From: Synechococcales cyanobacterium CRU_2_2
Lineage (GTDB): Bacteria; Cyanobacteriota; Cyanobacteriia; PCC-9006; JAAUQQ01
DNA length: 64,000 nt
Direction of reading: 5' to 3'
Assembly (NCBI GenBank): GCA_012034805.1
Contig: JAAUOP010000008.1
Span: 982-64,981, forward strand
Made by a program: the position numbers and the translations under genes. Below are positions 63,501 to 64,000 of the stretch, piece by piece. The first letter of the stretch is position 1, and the number at the start of each line of letters is the position of its first letter. Below the pieces are notes generated by a model. That model worked only from the letters and a program-made list of their open reading frames with translations, was not told the DNA's origin and ran no database searches.

Positions 63501-63828
63501 CAATCTCCAACCCATCCAAATTCCCCGCCACCGACTCATAGGCACTATACGCCCGCCGATCGCCAAACACCTGCTCAAACAGCGCCATCCCATAATCCTT
63601 CACACTCGCCTCCGCCCGCTCCGCCTTCACCCCATCCGTAAACGGCAACCGAATCCACTCCTCAAAATAAAACTCCAACTCCTTCTCCCGCCTATCTCCG
63701 CCAAAGGGATCCCTCACCTGGATCGAAAACTCTGCTCCCTCGATCGTCAGGGTCGCGGCAAAGCCAGCGTCAGTCGTAGCTTGTTGCGTTTGGTTTTGTT
63801 GGGCTTGGGCGATCGTGATCATTGCCAT
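60579..63828 (-). CDS. CHAT (caspase-like) protease + NB-ARC-like NTPase + TPR protein; four frameshifts near 63163, 62458, 61950 and 61800
   Basis: LHWEAL, VHFDMHG (His), VLNACQS (Cys), FVGR, GMGGTGKTT, LVLDNLE, GYPLA, TPRs ASTYHQLG/ASTYGQLG. Confidence 0.85.
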
Positions 63829-64000
63829 CGGACTAAACCCTAACCGTCACGAAATTTGTCTCGATTCTTACATCCCCCACCCAAAACCTGATTGACTGAC
63901 AAAAGTCTAGTCAGGAGTGAATTGAACGGTAACGGACTGAAACTGCAATCGAAAGGACTTGTTGTGATGCTGCCCCCGAGAAGCCATAGCAGGCTCAGGG

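Noticed and set aside
61686-63843. Long Pro/His/Arg-rich plus-strand ORFs (also 26404-27545)
   Set aside because: Shadow ORFs caused by the C/A-rich skew opposite real genes

Overview
Cyanobacterial chromosome segment (dense HIP1 octamer GCGATCGC, GC-rich). Most of it is housekeeping: mnmE, lptA-lptB-lptF/G, clpR-clpP, a nitrite assimilation cluster (nirA fused to a ferredoxin, nirB, ntcB, cnaT, mobA, with a clear NtcA/NtcB promoter), psbM-ferredoxin-psbB-psbT-nrdR-rps1, recR and lipA. There are three accessory regions. (1) 19.1-28.0 kb is a defence-like operon: MmeI/DnmA(YeeA)-type methyltransferase, AlbA/Schlafen-ATPase-wHTH gene followed by a palindrome cluster, a decayed second methyltransferase 3' end, an MNT-HEPN pair, a YeeB helicase and a YeeC GIY-YIG nuclease. 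(2) 46.6-52.4 kb is a TetR/PadR-regulated redox island with a QueG-like 4Fe-4S-SCP2 fusion. (3) 57.6-64 kb holds two similar small hydrophobic ORFs flanking a twin-hairpin RNA candidate, and a CHAT protease-NTPase-TPR gene facing a small membrane protein. At least 14 single-base frameshifts, including in rps1 and mnmE, point to uncorrected assembly indels, so split genes are annotated as single CDSs. No rRNA, tRNA, CRISPR array or transposase was recognised. All family calls are from motif recognition by eye, with no database searches.
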